The notes beneath the pieces are model-generated. The model saw only the letters and a list, made by a program, of their open reading frames with translations. It ran no database searches and was not told the DNA's origin. A stretch of 63,189 nucleotides of DNA, filler included, from Rhabdomonas costata (taxonomy: Eukaryota): NCBI GenBank assembly GCA_019059605.1. It is 30 parts of 30 records of this genome, joined end to end, with 100 filler letters (N's around TTAATTAATTAA, not from the genome) between each part and the next. Parts side by side here need not be neighbours in the genome. Positions count along the whole stretch, not along the records: positions 1 to 2,011 come from JAHMHO010006449.1; positions 2,112 to 4,121 come from JAHMHO010006450.1; positions 4,222 to 6,232 come from JAHMHO010006451.1; positions 6,333 to 8,343 come from JAHMHO010006452.1; positions 8,444 to 10,454 come from JAHMHO010006453.1; positions 10,555 to 12,565 come from JAHMHO010006454.1; 24 more parts are not named here. One strand, written 5' to 3'. Positions 1-11,832 of this stretch are shown piece after piece. Within the stretch, counting starts at the first letter, position 1. Every line of letters begins with the position of its first letter. A program made the translations under genes and the position numbers.

Positions 1-589
1 GTCTCATGTTGTGTCTGCCTGCTGTTGTTGTGAGCTTCCTGTGTCTACGTCTCCTGTTGTTGAGTCTCCGGTGGTGTCAGCGTCTGGTGTTGTTGTGTGT
101 CCTGATGTGTCTCAAGTTGCTGTTGGTGTTACTGTGGTGTGTGTACTGTGTCACATGATTGCTGATGTTGATTGTTGTACTGGTGTTGCGGTGACTGACG
201 ATGCTGCATGTGCTTCTGTGCTTCTACTGGTATTGAGCGTTGTCATTAGGTTACTTACGTGCGCGTTTCTTTTTGTTGTTGTTGTTGGTGGTGGTGGTGC
301 TATTGTTATTGGAGTAGTAGTCAGTGGTTGTAGTGGAGTGGATTGTGGTTATGCTGGAGGTGTCGTAGGTTGTTCTGGTTGTGGTGTGGGTGTTGGTGCT
401 GCTGTGTGTCTGTGATTAGCAATGGTTGCGTGTCCTGTTGTTATTACTCCGATGGTGTTCGCGTCTCATGTTGTGTCTGCCTGCTGTTGTTGTGAGCTTC
501 CTGTGTCTACGTCTCCTGTTGTTGAGTCTCCGGTGGTGTCAGCGTCTGGTGTTGTTGTGTGTCCTGATGTGTCTCAAGTTGCTGTTGGT
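1..589. repeat. 127-bp exact direct repeat (1-127 and 463-589) within a decayed TG/CA-rich repeat element
   Basis: gtctcatgttgtgtctgcc...gttgctgttggt occurs twice, offset by 462 nt. The minus strand reads as Thr/Asp/Gln-rich pseudo-coding sequence interrupted by TGA stops. Confidence 0.85.
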
Positions 590-2011
590 CTCCCGATATC
601 GATGGGTGGTGTTGATTCTGTTGGTGTGATGCTGTTGACATTGGTGCTGTGCGTGATTTTGCCCATACTATGTGTCTGTGTGCTTCCTCTGACTCGATGC
701 ATGTGTCTGTTTCTTACCCATGTCGCTCTGTTGCTATGCGTGGTTCTGTGTCGTTGGCTGATGGTAATGGTGATGCTTTGTGTGTTCTGACATCTGCATA
801 TGTGTGAATCTGTGACCTTGTGAGTTCTGCGCTGCTCTGCGCATTCACTTTCTCACTCATCAACAGGAAGGCATGGTCGTAAGGGCACGCCGCAGTAGGA
901 GGTGATGACGTGGTGGCCGCTGCACACTCAACATGTCAACATCATCACTTCTTACACACTCTTTAGAATGCCTCCAACGTACAGTAGGTTGTCAGCACAA
1001 ATGCAGGAAGGCACCTAGTTGGCAGCGGCCAACTTACAACTCACCTTTCTCACCAGCATAATCAGCCCCTCCGACACAAGCATCAACATCACAACCATCA
1101 CTTCCACCTTCAATGTAGGCATCAAGGTCAGCATCTTCACTTCTATCACTACTGCACCCTCCGTAACGCTCTCTGACAGCGCTCCTGACACACCAGAATG
1201 AATCTTCACTCCTCCATGTAATTCAGTAGCGCTGATTCCACAACCATAGATGCCTAAGAGTAAGTAGTAACGTGTAGAGTACGAATTACGGTTACGGTTA
1301 CGGTTAAGCTCTGTCTCTGTTGCGGTAGGGTTATGCGTAGTTGTCCAACAGTCGAGACACATTTGAGCCCCTCTTCAGCGTGCATCCATGGCACTGGTTT
1401 CGTAAGGCACCGAAGGCACCTCCAGAATATGGCACTTTTGAGCCTCCAAGCGCAGTGGATACGGCTACTTACCACACAGAAACACAGCACGGCGCACCTA
1501 TATTGAAAACCTATTACAAAAATACGAACTCTATAAAGTCTCTTTGCCCATGATCCGAGCGAAGCTCTTTATAATCTGGACAAAGAGGAGTAGATGATGG
1601 CACAAAGTAGCTCCTCCGCGGCGCAAGTACAAGCAGCGACTATTGCGTTTGAGATCCACTCCAGCAGCATCACCAAGCTCTGAGGCCTCTGCTAAACCTG
1701 AGACTAAGTGTAAACACAACCACAGCCCCACCGATTGGACATGACAAGTCAATTTCAGGGGCGTTGTGGCTTCCATGGCTCAGAAAGACACTGTGTCAAA
1801 CTACACCAGTAAGCAGCCAATGCCGCGACAAAAACAAACGGTGGGCTGATGATGACGACGCCTATTCCACCATTGGTTGTTGTACCATGACTGGTTCCAC
1901 TACTTCACCACCGTGGAGACATATCATTCAAGAAGAGATGGTACATTGCCTTCAATGCGCTGCAGATAGTAGCATTGAACTACAACATTCACTATGCCGT
2001 TCACAAACAAA

Positions 2012-2111
2012 NNNNNNNNNNNNNNNNNNNNNNNNNNNNNNNNNNNNNNNNNNNNTTAATTAATTAANNNNNNNNNNNNNNNNNNNNNNNNNNNNNNNNN
2101 NNNNNNNNNNN
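2012..2111. other. Artificial contig spacer (44 N + TTAATTAATTAA + 44 N); the same spacer recurs 29 times, about every 2.11 kb
   Basis: Identical six-frame-stop linker flanked by N runs separates ~2,010-bp contigs throughout the window, up to 61082-61181. Confidence 0.99.
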
Positions 2112-5100
2112 GCGGGAATCGCACTGTAGAGTCCGGGGGAAACCGGTCCCACACTATCTTCCAAGCATGCGACAGGGAAGGGGCAAGGGCAAAAAGGGTG
2201 TGTGAAAAAGAGGAGCATTAGAGGGCACGGATGAGCTCTGACGAGGGAAGCAAGGAGGCGCAAGACCAGCCCAGGTGACCAGAAAATTATTGACCGGGAG
2301 ATGATGATGTGGTGTTGCAGTCAATCTTCGGTCAACCAAGGGAAGTGGACACTGAGCTGCAAAACACGAAGGGCAACAAGGAGAATGATGGGGAGGAATT
2401 GGTGGTAGCAAAGCGAGGCGCCCTCATCGAAGAAGGGAAGAGAAGAGATCAAACACCAAGCTCTCAAGATGAGGCACCAAGACCACACGGTTGTGCGCTT
2501 TTCTAAGAGGGGGCTTCCACTCAAAGCCTAGCTCGCTACTCGGCTGCAGAGGAAGAGAAGGAGGAAGGGGTAGGGAAGGCAGAGAGAAGAACAAGAGACA
2601 CCAGATCCGAAGAGACAAATAGAAATGCTGCGGACCGATGATGGGACTAAAAGATTCAGGAAGGACCTCGGAAAAAAGTCGGCACCGAGAAAGGCGGTGG
2701 ACAGGGGAGAGGACTCTTCCTCCCAGAAAGCAGCATATGAGCTTCCCAACATTGACAAGCGAGCGTTGGATGGGAGCTGACGGTAGTGAAGCTGGTCCTA
2801 CAAAGAAAAAAGGGTTATACGGTGTGTTGACGTGTGTGTGTGTTGTGCCCGCCGCTGAAAGGACCATACATCCTCTTTTCAACAGATTCAGCGACGAGTC
2901 CAAGAGAGTCTAAACCCCGGAGAATGCCCACGAACTCAACAATGAAAGCAGAGTCTGGGACCTTCAAATGGGACCTATCGCCGTCAGCACTGGCCGTTAC
3001 ACACAGCAGACAGCGGCAGCAGCAGACGGAGCATGGCTAAGACACACTGTACAGGTAAAAAGCACCAGAACAGGAATGAAGGAAAGAAAATGCTAAATGA
3101 CACTGCACTTCTCTCGAGCAACAGCCACGCAACTGGCAAAATGCAAGGCTGGAGGTGTCGGCATATTTCAGGGACGTGCACCAAGACGTCCGCCTTGGGC
3201 CGTCCACAGTGCCGCGCTAAACAATGCCGCACTTCCACCACCAGACTCCCCTTCTGGCCAGGAGCCTGACTGGGCAGCACCCAACACAATCACCAAATGA
3301 AATATAACATACCCGAAAGAGCGGTGGAGTTGATAAGAACTGCGCACTAGACAAATTCCGGAAAATTTCGGTCGCGTGCAAAGCCCATGCGATCCCTGAT
3401 CCGATGGGCATGGAGTCTCACCACCGCCCCACCGCGGCCTGTATCAACAAAGATAGAGGAGTAAAACCAAGGAAACAGCCAAGCGACGCACCGAATTGAC
3501 CACAAAAACAAAACAGGAGCTGAGCTCCTGCACTAAAGCGAAAGAGAAAAAAGGCCACCGTCAGTAAAAAAAAGAATCTCGAGTCCCGCAGTGAGCGGGG
3601 GGGGGGGTACACATCAAGGTGGAGGGTGAAGGTGGGCGTTGAAGGAAAAGTAGTGCTTCCTCACCTTAGCGTGAGAGTTGCTTCAGCTTCCACTTTGCGC
3701 CGCACTCGTGACAGCGGAAGTAGTCGTATCCCTGCAGCCACACAGGTCATGAGGCAGCTCCTCCCAATTGCACAATTGCACAAGAGAAAAGCGCGTCTCA
3801 CCACAGTGTTGGAGATGGTGGTCGCAATCGCTTTGCAAACGACACAAGATAGGCGCACCTTGCATCAACACATTACACACCAATTACACAGCATTGCTAA
3901 AACTAACCGTCAGGCGACAGGGCTTTCCAATTTACCACAGAAGTAAAGATAAACCAAGGGGATGCTGAGTAACTCCATCTGCCAGAAATCATGAAAAAGG
4001 CAGCAGACCCGCTTTCCGCGAATCCTTTGCCAGGATGCATTGTGCGCACAGCACGGGGCACACGGCAGCTCCATCTCAGGTGAGCTGGAAGGCTCCGCTT
4101 GGGTAAGGCCACCACACAACANNNNNNNNNNNNNNNNNNNNNNNNNNNNNNNNNNNNNNNNNNNNTTAATTAATTAANNNNNNNNNNNNNNNNNNNNNNN
4201 NNNNNNNNNNNNNNNNNNNNNTGTTGGTTGTGACGTTTACAAATTGTTGGAAGCGTATCCACTCGAGAAAGGGCTGTGATCTTGGTTCTTTGTTTGAATT
4301 TTAGCGTTTTTATGAAGCCTCTCGGTGCATGGTGGTGGTGCGATTGCGTGCTGCAGCCAAAGACAAGGCGACCTCCCAGCTTTCCCGCAGTGACGATCCA
4401 TCTGCTGAGAACATGATTCTGGATTCTTCTGAAGGTGTTCGCTTGCTGAACCTTTGGGAGGATCCATTCCATAGTAATATGAGAGGCGCGGGGGCGTAGA
4501 ACATAGAATGCGTCGATAGCTGCAGTTTTGGTGGTCCCCCGGATTTGCACCAAGAGTGGCAAGAAACGGGAAAACCGCTGCATACTCACTGCAGGCAACG
4601 GATATGCCGAGGCACCCCGCCACGCTGGCATTGACGGCTGCAATCCGCACGAGACCGCGTTCAGCAGCTCTCGAGCAGCAGCATCCGAATACTGTCCCAT
4701 ACCGTTCCGTTTTGCAATTTATTGTGCATTATTTCAGGTACCCGTGGGAAAAGACCACCTTCTCATGAAGACGCCAGTGATGAAGGTGCATATTTTTGTC
4801 CCCTTTTGCGCTGTCATCCATCTAATTCACCCAATCCTGCGATTTCTGAGTATCCGACATCTCGCCATGGTAAAGTTAAAGGCCTCTGCGCTCTGGGTTA
4901 TCTGAAGGACAACACAGGATGCGCGATTTCAGATTTTTTCATGGGCAAAGCAGCAGAACGTTGGATACATTGCAGCCACCAACGAACGATTGTGTGCAAA
5001 ATGCAGTTGAAGGTTAAGGTCCGCTTAGAGCTCTTGCACTGAACATGAGTGAGAAAATTGGACGCAGATAAAGGTTTCCCAAGCTAAACCAACCCCACTT

Positions 5101-8100
5101 GGAAAGACCCGAATGCGCAGCTGTGAATGTGCTGCGGCCTGGAAGCTTGGTAATAATAATTCAACGCCTTGCTATCGCATGGGGGACCCTTTCCCATCAG
5201 GCGTGGGCGAAGCTGTGAGCAAGCGTCGAGCCAAAGACGATGGCAGTCCCGGTATGCCTATCTTATTTATGAAAACAGTGTGGGCTATGGAAAGGGAACG
5301 AGGACGAAATATTTGCGCGACTAGCATTCTGTCATGCCATCTGAATAAAACGAAGCGGGTGCATAAGGTGTCATGTTCTCAAGCAAAAGCATTCAGAATT
5401 AGTGGTAATGCTCTGCGCTCAGAAATGGGCAATTTCAGTTCAAGGGGGTTGGGCTTCCGTTTCCTCTGCGTGAGTGGACTCCCACACGACCGTGAAAGAG
5501 AGTATGTGAGAAATTCAGCTGCTGCCGAGTGTAGTATCGTTCTTAATTCTTCAGTGGCGAAGGACGGCGATGCGAGGCCGCCCTCAGCATCCGTATGCTC
5601 GCTCTTCTGTCTTTTTGTTCTGTGGTATGCGCAGTATGTTGGTGTGCGGCACATGTTAGGGCAAAAAAACGCCGGTTTTCAGTTCACAGTATTCTGTCGA
5701 ATCCCGCTAATTCCACGCGACATCTGATGTATTGTTTTCTCTCGCACTTACCCTTTCACTCTGTTGCAGTGCTACAATCATTACAGTTTGTGTTGGGAGC
5801 GGGCAGACGTCCTGTTTAGAAATGAAAGTTCTGCAAGTCTTTTTGCTTGAATCACCTCACTCCTGTGCGGGGTTTAGATTCGACTTGACGCAACCACGGC
5901 TGTGTCAACCTCTGAATCCTCCAGCAGCAAGGCCTTCTGGGACAATCCCTTGGCCGCCGTCCAGCCACGCGCGCGGACCGCGAAGCAGGTGCTCCTTTTC
6001 TTTGGAACCGTCTCACCCGTCTAACCCTAACCACGTCAAAGAGATCAAAAGCGTTTCGGCATCACCCCTCGATCATGCCTCCTTTGAAATGGTTTGTTTG
6101 AGTGCAAAAGTGAATTTCAACAGAATTTCTTCTTTGACTTAGGGACAGTTTTGTCTGATTGTTCGCTTTTTTTTGTGTTTGCGCGATGAAAAGAAGGAAA
6201 GGAAACATGCGCGCGCGCGCACACACCACACANNNNNNNNNNNNNNNNNNNNNNNNNNNNNNNNNNNNNNNNNNNNTTAATTAATTAANNNNNNNNNNNN
6301 NNNNNNNNNNNNNNNNNNNNNNNNNNNNNNNNTGCCAAGCCGGCGAAAAATGGCACTCCACAGATCCTTCCGTTGCCATTCCAGATGGAATTCAACAATG
6401 CTATTCAAAGGGCAAAAAATAGCTCTGCAGCTTCAGCAATCGGAAGGCTGTCATCACACCCTTCCGAGAGATCATGAACCTGCACATCGTAAGACTGATG
6501 CCATGAGTTGTCACCCTTGCCCTTCTTCCGCAGAATGAGCAGTTGTGAGTTCATGGCGCTGGTCAGGCATTCATTGGAGAGTCAATTTCGCCAGCTGAGA
6601 GGAGACCCCACCGCTGCCACCATGAGAACCCTGAAAAGGCGAACACGAGGAGGAAGTAGGGAAGGTCCATTGGAAGAGAAGATATTCTTCCACCCACATG
6701 GCAATCCAGCCAACCATCTTGAATGACGTGAGGAAGAAAATGTGGCTCAAGCTGGGAAGCGATGGAAACCCTTCCGAAAAAGCAGCAATTGCCCGTCTTG
6801 AAATTAAGCGCCGAAACATGACGGTGCACAACCAGCTTTTCGTCCAAGGCCATGGTTCCGCACAGGTAGCCCAAGATGATTTTCCATAGCACGAAGCGGT
6901 ATAAGTATCACAGACACAGTCGCACACACATTCAGACAGAGAAAAATACCTCGGCTGGAGAATCGTGGAAGTCAAGAAGGGCCCCAAGATTTTCCAACGG
7001 GCACGCCGCCGAAGCAATCGCTGCACCCCTTGGAACTGTTCGACATGCATAGTCGCTCAGCACCGGGCTATCCATCCCCACTGCAGGGCATCGGCCCCCG
7101 TTGGGCACCTCGGCCCTGTTGGGCTCCGGACCCGTGGGGGTCTGTGTGGCCTGCTCAGCGCCCACGAAAGCGAAGGGCCTGGATTCCCTTTCTGCACTTA
7201 AATCGGAAGGGCCAGCAGCGGAAGCACCATGAAGAGGTGGCTCAGTTTGCGTGCCCGCAGCTAACTGAGCCACCTCTGCGTAACTTGCCCGCAGACCTGC
7301 GCGTGAGTAGGACTTCGCCGGATACACAGGATTAGTGCTTCACGGGCTGGATGTACTATGTGAGCACTTCACAACCAAGCACACAACAGTACCGAATGTC
7401 AAGGCCGAAAGCGCTTCACAACCACTGTCATACCGCTCTCTCTCTCTCCCTCTCTCAAAGATTGGCAAAACGAAGTGCGCACGCTGGCGCAGGGGAGGAA
7501 GAATAAGATCAGCATACCTCTCCTCCACCCCAGTGGCTCTGAGAACGCTGTGCCTGCACCAGCCCTGGAGTCAAAAGGTGGAAGGGTGCCGAAGGGTGGG
7601 GCAACGCCCTCCCTCGGCCACTCCCCCAGAGCCAGATCGCGAACAAGATAGCTGCTACGACTACGAAGCTCGGGAGGACCCGGGCACTGCGCGGAGGGCC
7701 ACCGATGCTGGACAGCAGGCGTGCCACCCGAGGGGAAAACGCCAATGCGGCGGGCCTCCACCTCCGCTGGCACAGGAAGGGGGCACTGCCAGCTCGACAG
7801 AGAGTCCCGCAGGGAATCCTGTTGTCCGTGACGGAGGCATAAAAACGGCTCTGTTTTTCGGTTGGAAGGCTCCCGCGTTCACTTGTGGGAGCCGCAATGC
7901 AATCCCGAAGTCAGAACGCATTCCCACATCTCAGGTATAAAAGAGCGTATACAACAGAAGAAAATTCAAGTTCTGTTGTGCCATGTAACTCAAGCACACA
8001 CACCTCCAGAGCCGCAAGATCTGGAGGATAAAAGTATAAAACCTCAAGAAGGAGGCTAAAATGCGACGAGAAACGCATACGAGAGAGAAGGAAATGAAGC

Positions 8101-8616
8101 AGCAAAGAACGACATCAACGGATCGAAACATCAACAGAAAATGACACACATTCACATCAGGAACAAGTTGTGGGGAATATCCCGCCTTGAACCCAACTCA
8201 CTCATCACACACCCGCAGGTCAGGCTCGTCCTCCGGAGACCAAGGACTGGCCCTGGTGGAAGGACACAAAGCCTCTCCGCGCCCCCGGACTCTCCGCGTG
8301 GCACCCACAAAGACCAATACTTGAAGAAACGCCAACCCCACACNNNNNNNNNNNNNNNNNNNNNNNNNNNNNNNNNNNNNNNNNNNNTTAATTAATTAAN
8401 NNNNNNNNNNNNNNNNNNNNNNNNNNNNNNNNNNNNNNNNNNNGGGGGGTGTTTCCTCTGTGGGATTCCTCTCAGTTGGTTCGCACATGCTGTGATTCTC
8501 CGATGGCACGGGTCGCGTTACAGATTTGTCGTCTTGAGGCTGTGCCGGAATCTGGGTGTTTTACCTTTTCCCTCTTTCCCGCTCAACTTTCTGCTGTGTG
8601 TATGGTGGGTTCATAG

Positions 8617-10150
8617 GTCTGAGCCATGGCTCTTTCGGCTGATGTGCATGCACTGCCTCCTGCTGTTACTTGCAGTGTTTACCAGGTGCTGGGAATGGAA
8701 TGGGTGGGAAGTGGCACTTCTGCTTACTCGAGCAGCAGCCAACGTCTATGTGCACCCGTTGAGCAAGGATTTTTAGGAAAGTGTGGTATCCGGCTGCGAA
8801 TGCGATCTCCATAGAAATCATGTCTACTTTGTGAATCCGAATCCTTGTCTTTGCGTTTGTCCGGTCGCACCTTTTTAGTCGGAGGTGACGCAGGGAGGCT
8901 GCATTATTTTGCGCGGACTGTGTGGCTGTGTACAGGACTGTGTACTACTGTCAACTCCTGCTGCTGCTCTTTGTCAGTATGCGCCACCTGCGCTTGCCGT
9001 GCAACTATCCCTGGTGTATTGAATGTTGACACTGGTCAACGGGTTTTCCCGGCTGTGTTTAGAACGACGACTCCACTGGATCGCTTTTGTTTTTTACGGC
9101 ACACACTGCAGCGTGCGGGAAAACAAAAGAAGAAGTCCCGAGAGGGAACGGCAGGCTTATAATGAGATGTGCACATAAACGGTGCTCTCATCCCGTCTTC
9201 GAGTTTTTGGATGACGCGTTTTTGGAAGAAGGGGTCATTATGCAATCATAATTGCGAGTTCTTTGATAGGGTGGGGTTGTCTGGTGTGAAATTTATTCTC
9301 CGAAACTGTTCTGACTCATTTATAAGGAAGCCCAGGCCGCCCCCTTGAGGCAAGGTAAGAGAGTCTTTACTCAGTCTGAACAAACCGGCTATCTGCCCAA
9401 GCAATGCGGAAGCAAGCAAGCACTTCGTTGGTCTCTTTGCAGGATCAAGTGAGAAGACTGTTGGATAAGGTTTGGAAATAGTTTAGATTTCGAGCAGATC
9501 ATAGCTCCGCTGTGGCGTGGACTTGTTTCAAACATTCGCCCTGGGATGAATTGGACGTTTGTTTCTTCCGCCACTCAGCATCATTGTTGCTGTCCGCCGC
9601 AAAGCTGAACCGTCTGCTCCAGCTGCATTGGGGAAAGCTGGCCACGCAGCCGTACTTTGACTCCCAGGGGATCTTCGTCGCGGTCGTGTTCACGGTTCCG
9701 CTCACCGTGACTGCTTTCATTTTGCTGGTATGCATCCCTTTTTTGACTGGGCTGTGTTCTATGCTGGCGTGGGCTGTGCGACAGCACAATTATTCGGTAT
9801 GTACGCATGATTTGAAAAAATTGGGTATTCACGGTGTTTGTGGGCTCTCGATGGCTATGGCTGTCCTTTCACCTCGACCTTTCAATTCCACGTGCTTTAG
9901 TGAACAAGTTAACTGGATCAACGGTCAGCACATCAGGTATGCTGCATTTGCGTTGAACTTGAACAGGAGCATATTCACTTTGAGTATTTGGAGGTACTGA
10001 TCATGTTTTTAGGTGAACCTGCTGTACTCGACGCTGGTGCTGTACGCCGAAGCCTGCTCAAAGTGGACGAAAGGCCCGCCACCTGTGACATACAATGAGA
10101 CAATACGAGCCTCTGTTGTCTCTACTCGGGGCCGAGAAAAGGTTGCATGA
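8617..10150 (+). CDS. TMEM18: Transmembrane protein 18 family, 3' part of spliced gene
   Basis: GT-AG exons 8617-8685, 8936-8976, 9579-9727 and 10013-10150 join in phase: (W)SEPWLFRLMCMH...QLLLLLFVTSLLLSAAKLNRLLQLHWGKLATQPYFDSQGIFVAVVFTVPL...KVA*. Contains the TMEM18 motifs W-x-EPW and YFDS-x-G-x-F. Confidence 0.85.
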
Positions 10151-10733
10151 GTGACTCGCTGCAGCTGAGGGTCGACTTTATCCCGACTGTATCCCTCATA
10201 GCCGGTGTTCCAAATGTAACCGTCGCGGCGCGCGCTTCCTCTGGGCGTTTCACGCCACAGGTCGGCTTGCTGGCGCCCGTTTCGCAGTAGTCCTCGTTTC
10301 GTTTCTCGTTTGCTGCGTAAATGACAGACAGCTTGCTATGCTGTCGTTTGGCGATACTGTCGTTCCACTTGCTCGTATGGATTGGGACATCCAGGTAGTG
10401 AATGACTAGCAAAGGTTAGCGTTTTTGTACCATTACCCACCATACATCACCAAANNNNNNNNNNNNNNNNNNNNNNNNNNNNNNNNNNNNNNNNNNNNTT
10501 AATTAATTAANNNNNNNNNNNNNNNNNNNNNNNNNNNNNNNNNNNNNNNNNNNNGGGTTTGTTGCACTGCTTGGGCTTTACGGCGTCGTCCAGGAAGGAA
10601 CTATGACAGCCAGACTGGTGTGCGGAAATGTCAGGAGTGGAGGGCACAGAAGTTGTGTATACCAGCTGCTTCAGTGATCTTCAATGGCTGGCTGCTGGCT
10701 GGCCTTGTGCTGTTTCCTTCTTCCGGTGGGTAG

Positions 10734-11832
10734 GTCGAGGATGCAATGGCCCACCTGGTCAAGATCCCCTCCGAGCTACCCGTGCCCTCAGCCCTGGCCG
10801 TGCTGCAGGGCTGCGCCTGGTTTACCATTCTCAATCTGGAAACTCGGCAGAAGTTCGAGCTGTGCGATCCCGCTTCCGCGGATCCAGGTAACTGCTGCGC
10901 ACGCACGCACAAGCGCACACAGTTCTCTTGCCATAGATGCGCCGTCCCCGTTGCTGGTGATTAGGGGCAGAAGCGCGCTTTTCCAGGCCGATCTAGCAGC
11001 GCACATGTTTTGTTCTTCAGGGCAATGTCTGTGCTCCCCCCGCCTTGGAGGGGATGGCCTGGGACTGATTGTCCGTGGCATTGCCCGTGGGGTGGACCGG
11101 GTTGGCAGCGCTCACTTCCTGGGCCCGGGGCAGGTGTTCAACGTGCTGCCCGCGCTGACCACGGGGCCAGCGGTTTTCGGGGAAGTCTTCGCTCAGACCT
11201 GGTTTTTTCGCGCGCGCTAAAATACCCATACATCCGCACACTCTCTCAAACTCATACCCCCTGATTTTCCTACGTGCAACCAAACCGAATCAGCTGAGAG
11301 CGCGGAGATGGGAAAGACGCAGGGATGGCAACTGACGGTACTGCTCTCACACGTTGCCTGTGTATTCGGGCCGAGTGGTCTTCGCCTGGAGCATTTGGTG
11401 CAGCGATGACAGCGGACTCAAGGAAGGCATCTGCGAATGTTACACTTTGGTTTTCTTCTCCCTACGCTGCTGGAGGAGAGTTGAAGTAGATCTGCCCGAT
11501 AACCAGTGCCTGTGCTGTGTGTTGTTTTCCCTTGCGTCCTGTCTCTTCTTCTTGTTGTTGTTGATCGTTTTGATCGTTTTGGTCGGCCAGGATCTCGTTC
11601 TACTGGTTCCCGCGGCCGCTGGTCCAGGAAGCCCTGTCCCTCCATCCTGAGCTTGCGTGGGCCCTGGTCAGCAGCGTGGCGGTGCGGGTCTCGGCGGCGA
11701 TCTTGAGCTGCCACTTGCCGTACGCCCTGTGGGGCTTCTCTCGGACTCTGGAGTACGCGCAGCACGGCCGGCTGCTGGACTTCACCGAGGCGAGCTCCAC
11801 GGCACCCGATCCTCTGTCGACCATACTGGCAG
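10734..11832 (+). CDS. Cyclic-nucleotide-binding-like domain resembling the cytosolic tail of SOS1/SLC9C-type Na+/H+ antiporters (internal exons)
   Basis: Phase-compatible GT-AG exons 10734-10887, 11021-11201 and 11591-11832: ...GDGLGLIVRGIARG...FLGPGQVFNVLPALTTGPAVFGEVFAQTWISFYWFPRPLVQEALSLHPEL..., a cNMP-fold pattern. The antiporter assignment is by resemblance only. Confidence 0.5.

Noticed and set aside
11-790. Val/Cys-rich ORFs as membrane or metallothionein-like proteins
   Set aside because: They are a by-product of TG-rich decayed repeat sequence, with no coding bias like that of the real exons.
5113-5727. 204-aa ORF, the longest in the track
   Set aside because: No family motif, no GC3 bias and no splice support; likely a chance ORF.
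6333-8343. Possible LINE relic (EKYLGWRI near 6941)
   Set aside because: A single short motif with no recognisable YADD/FADD or endonuclease motif.
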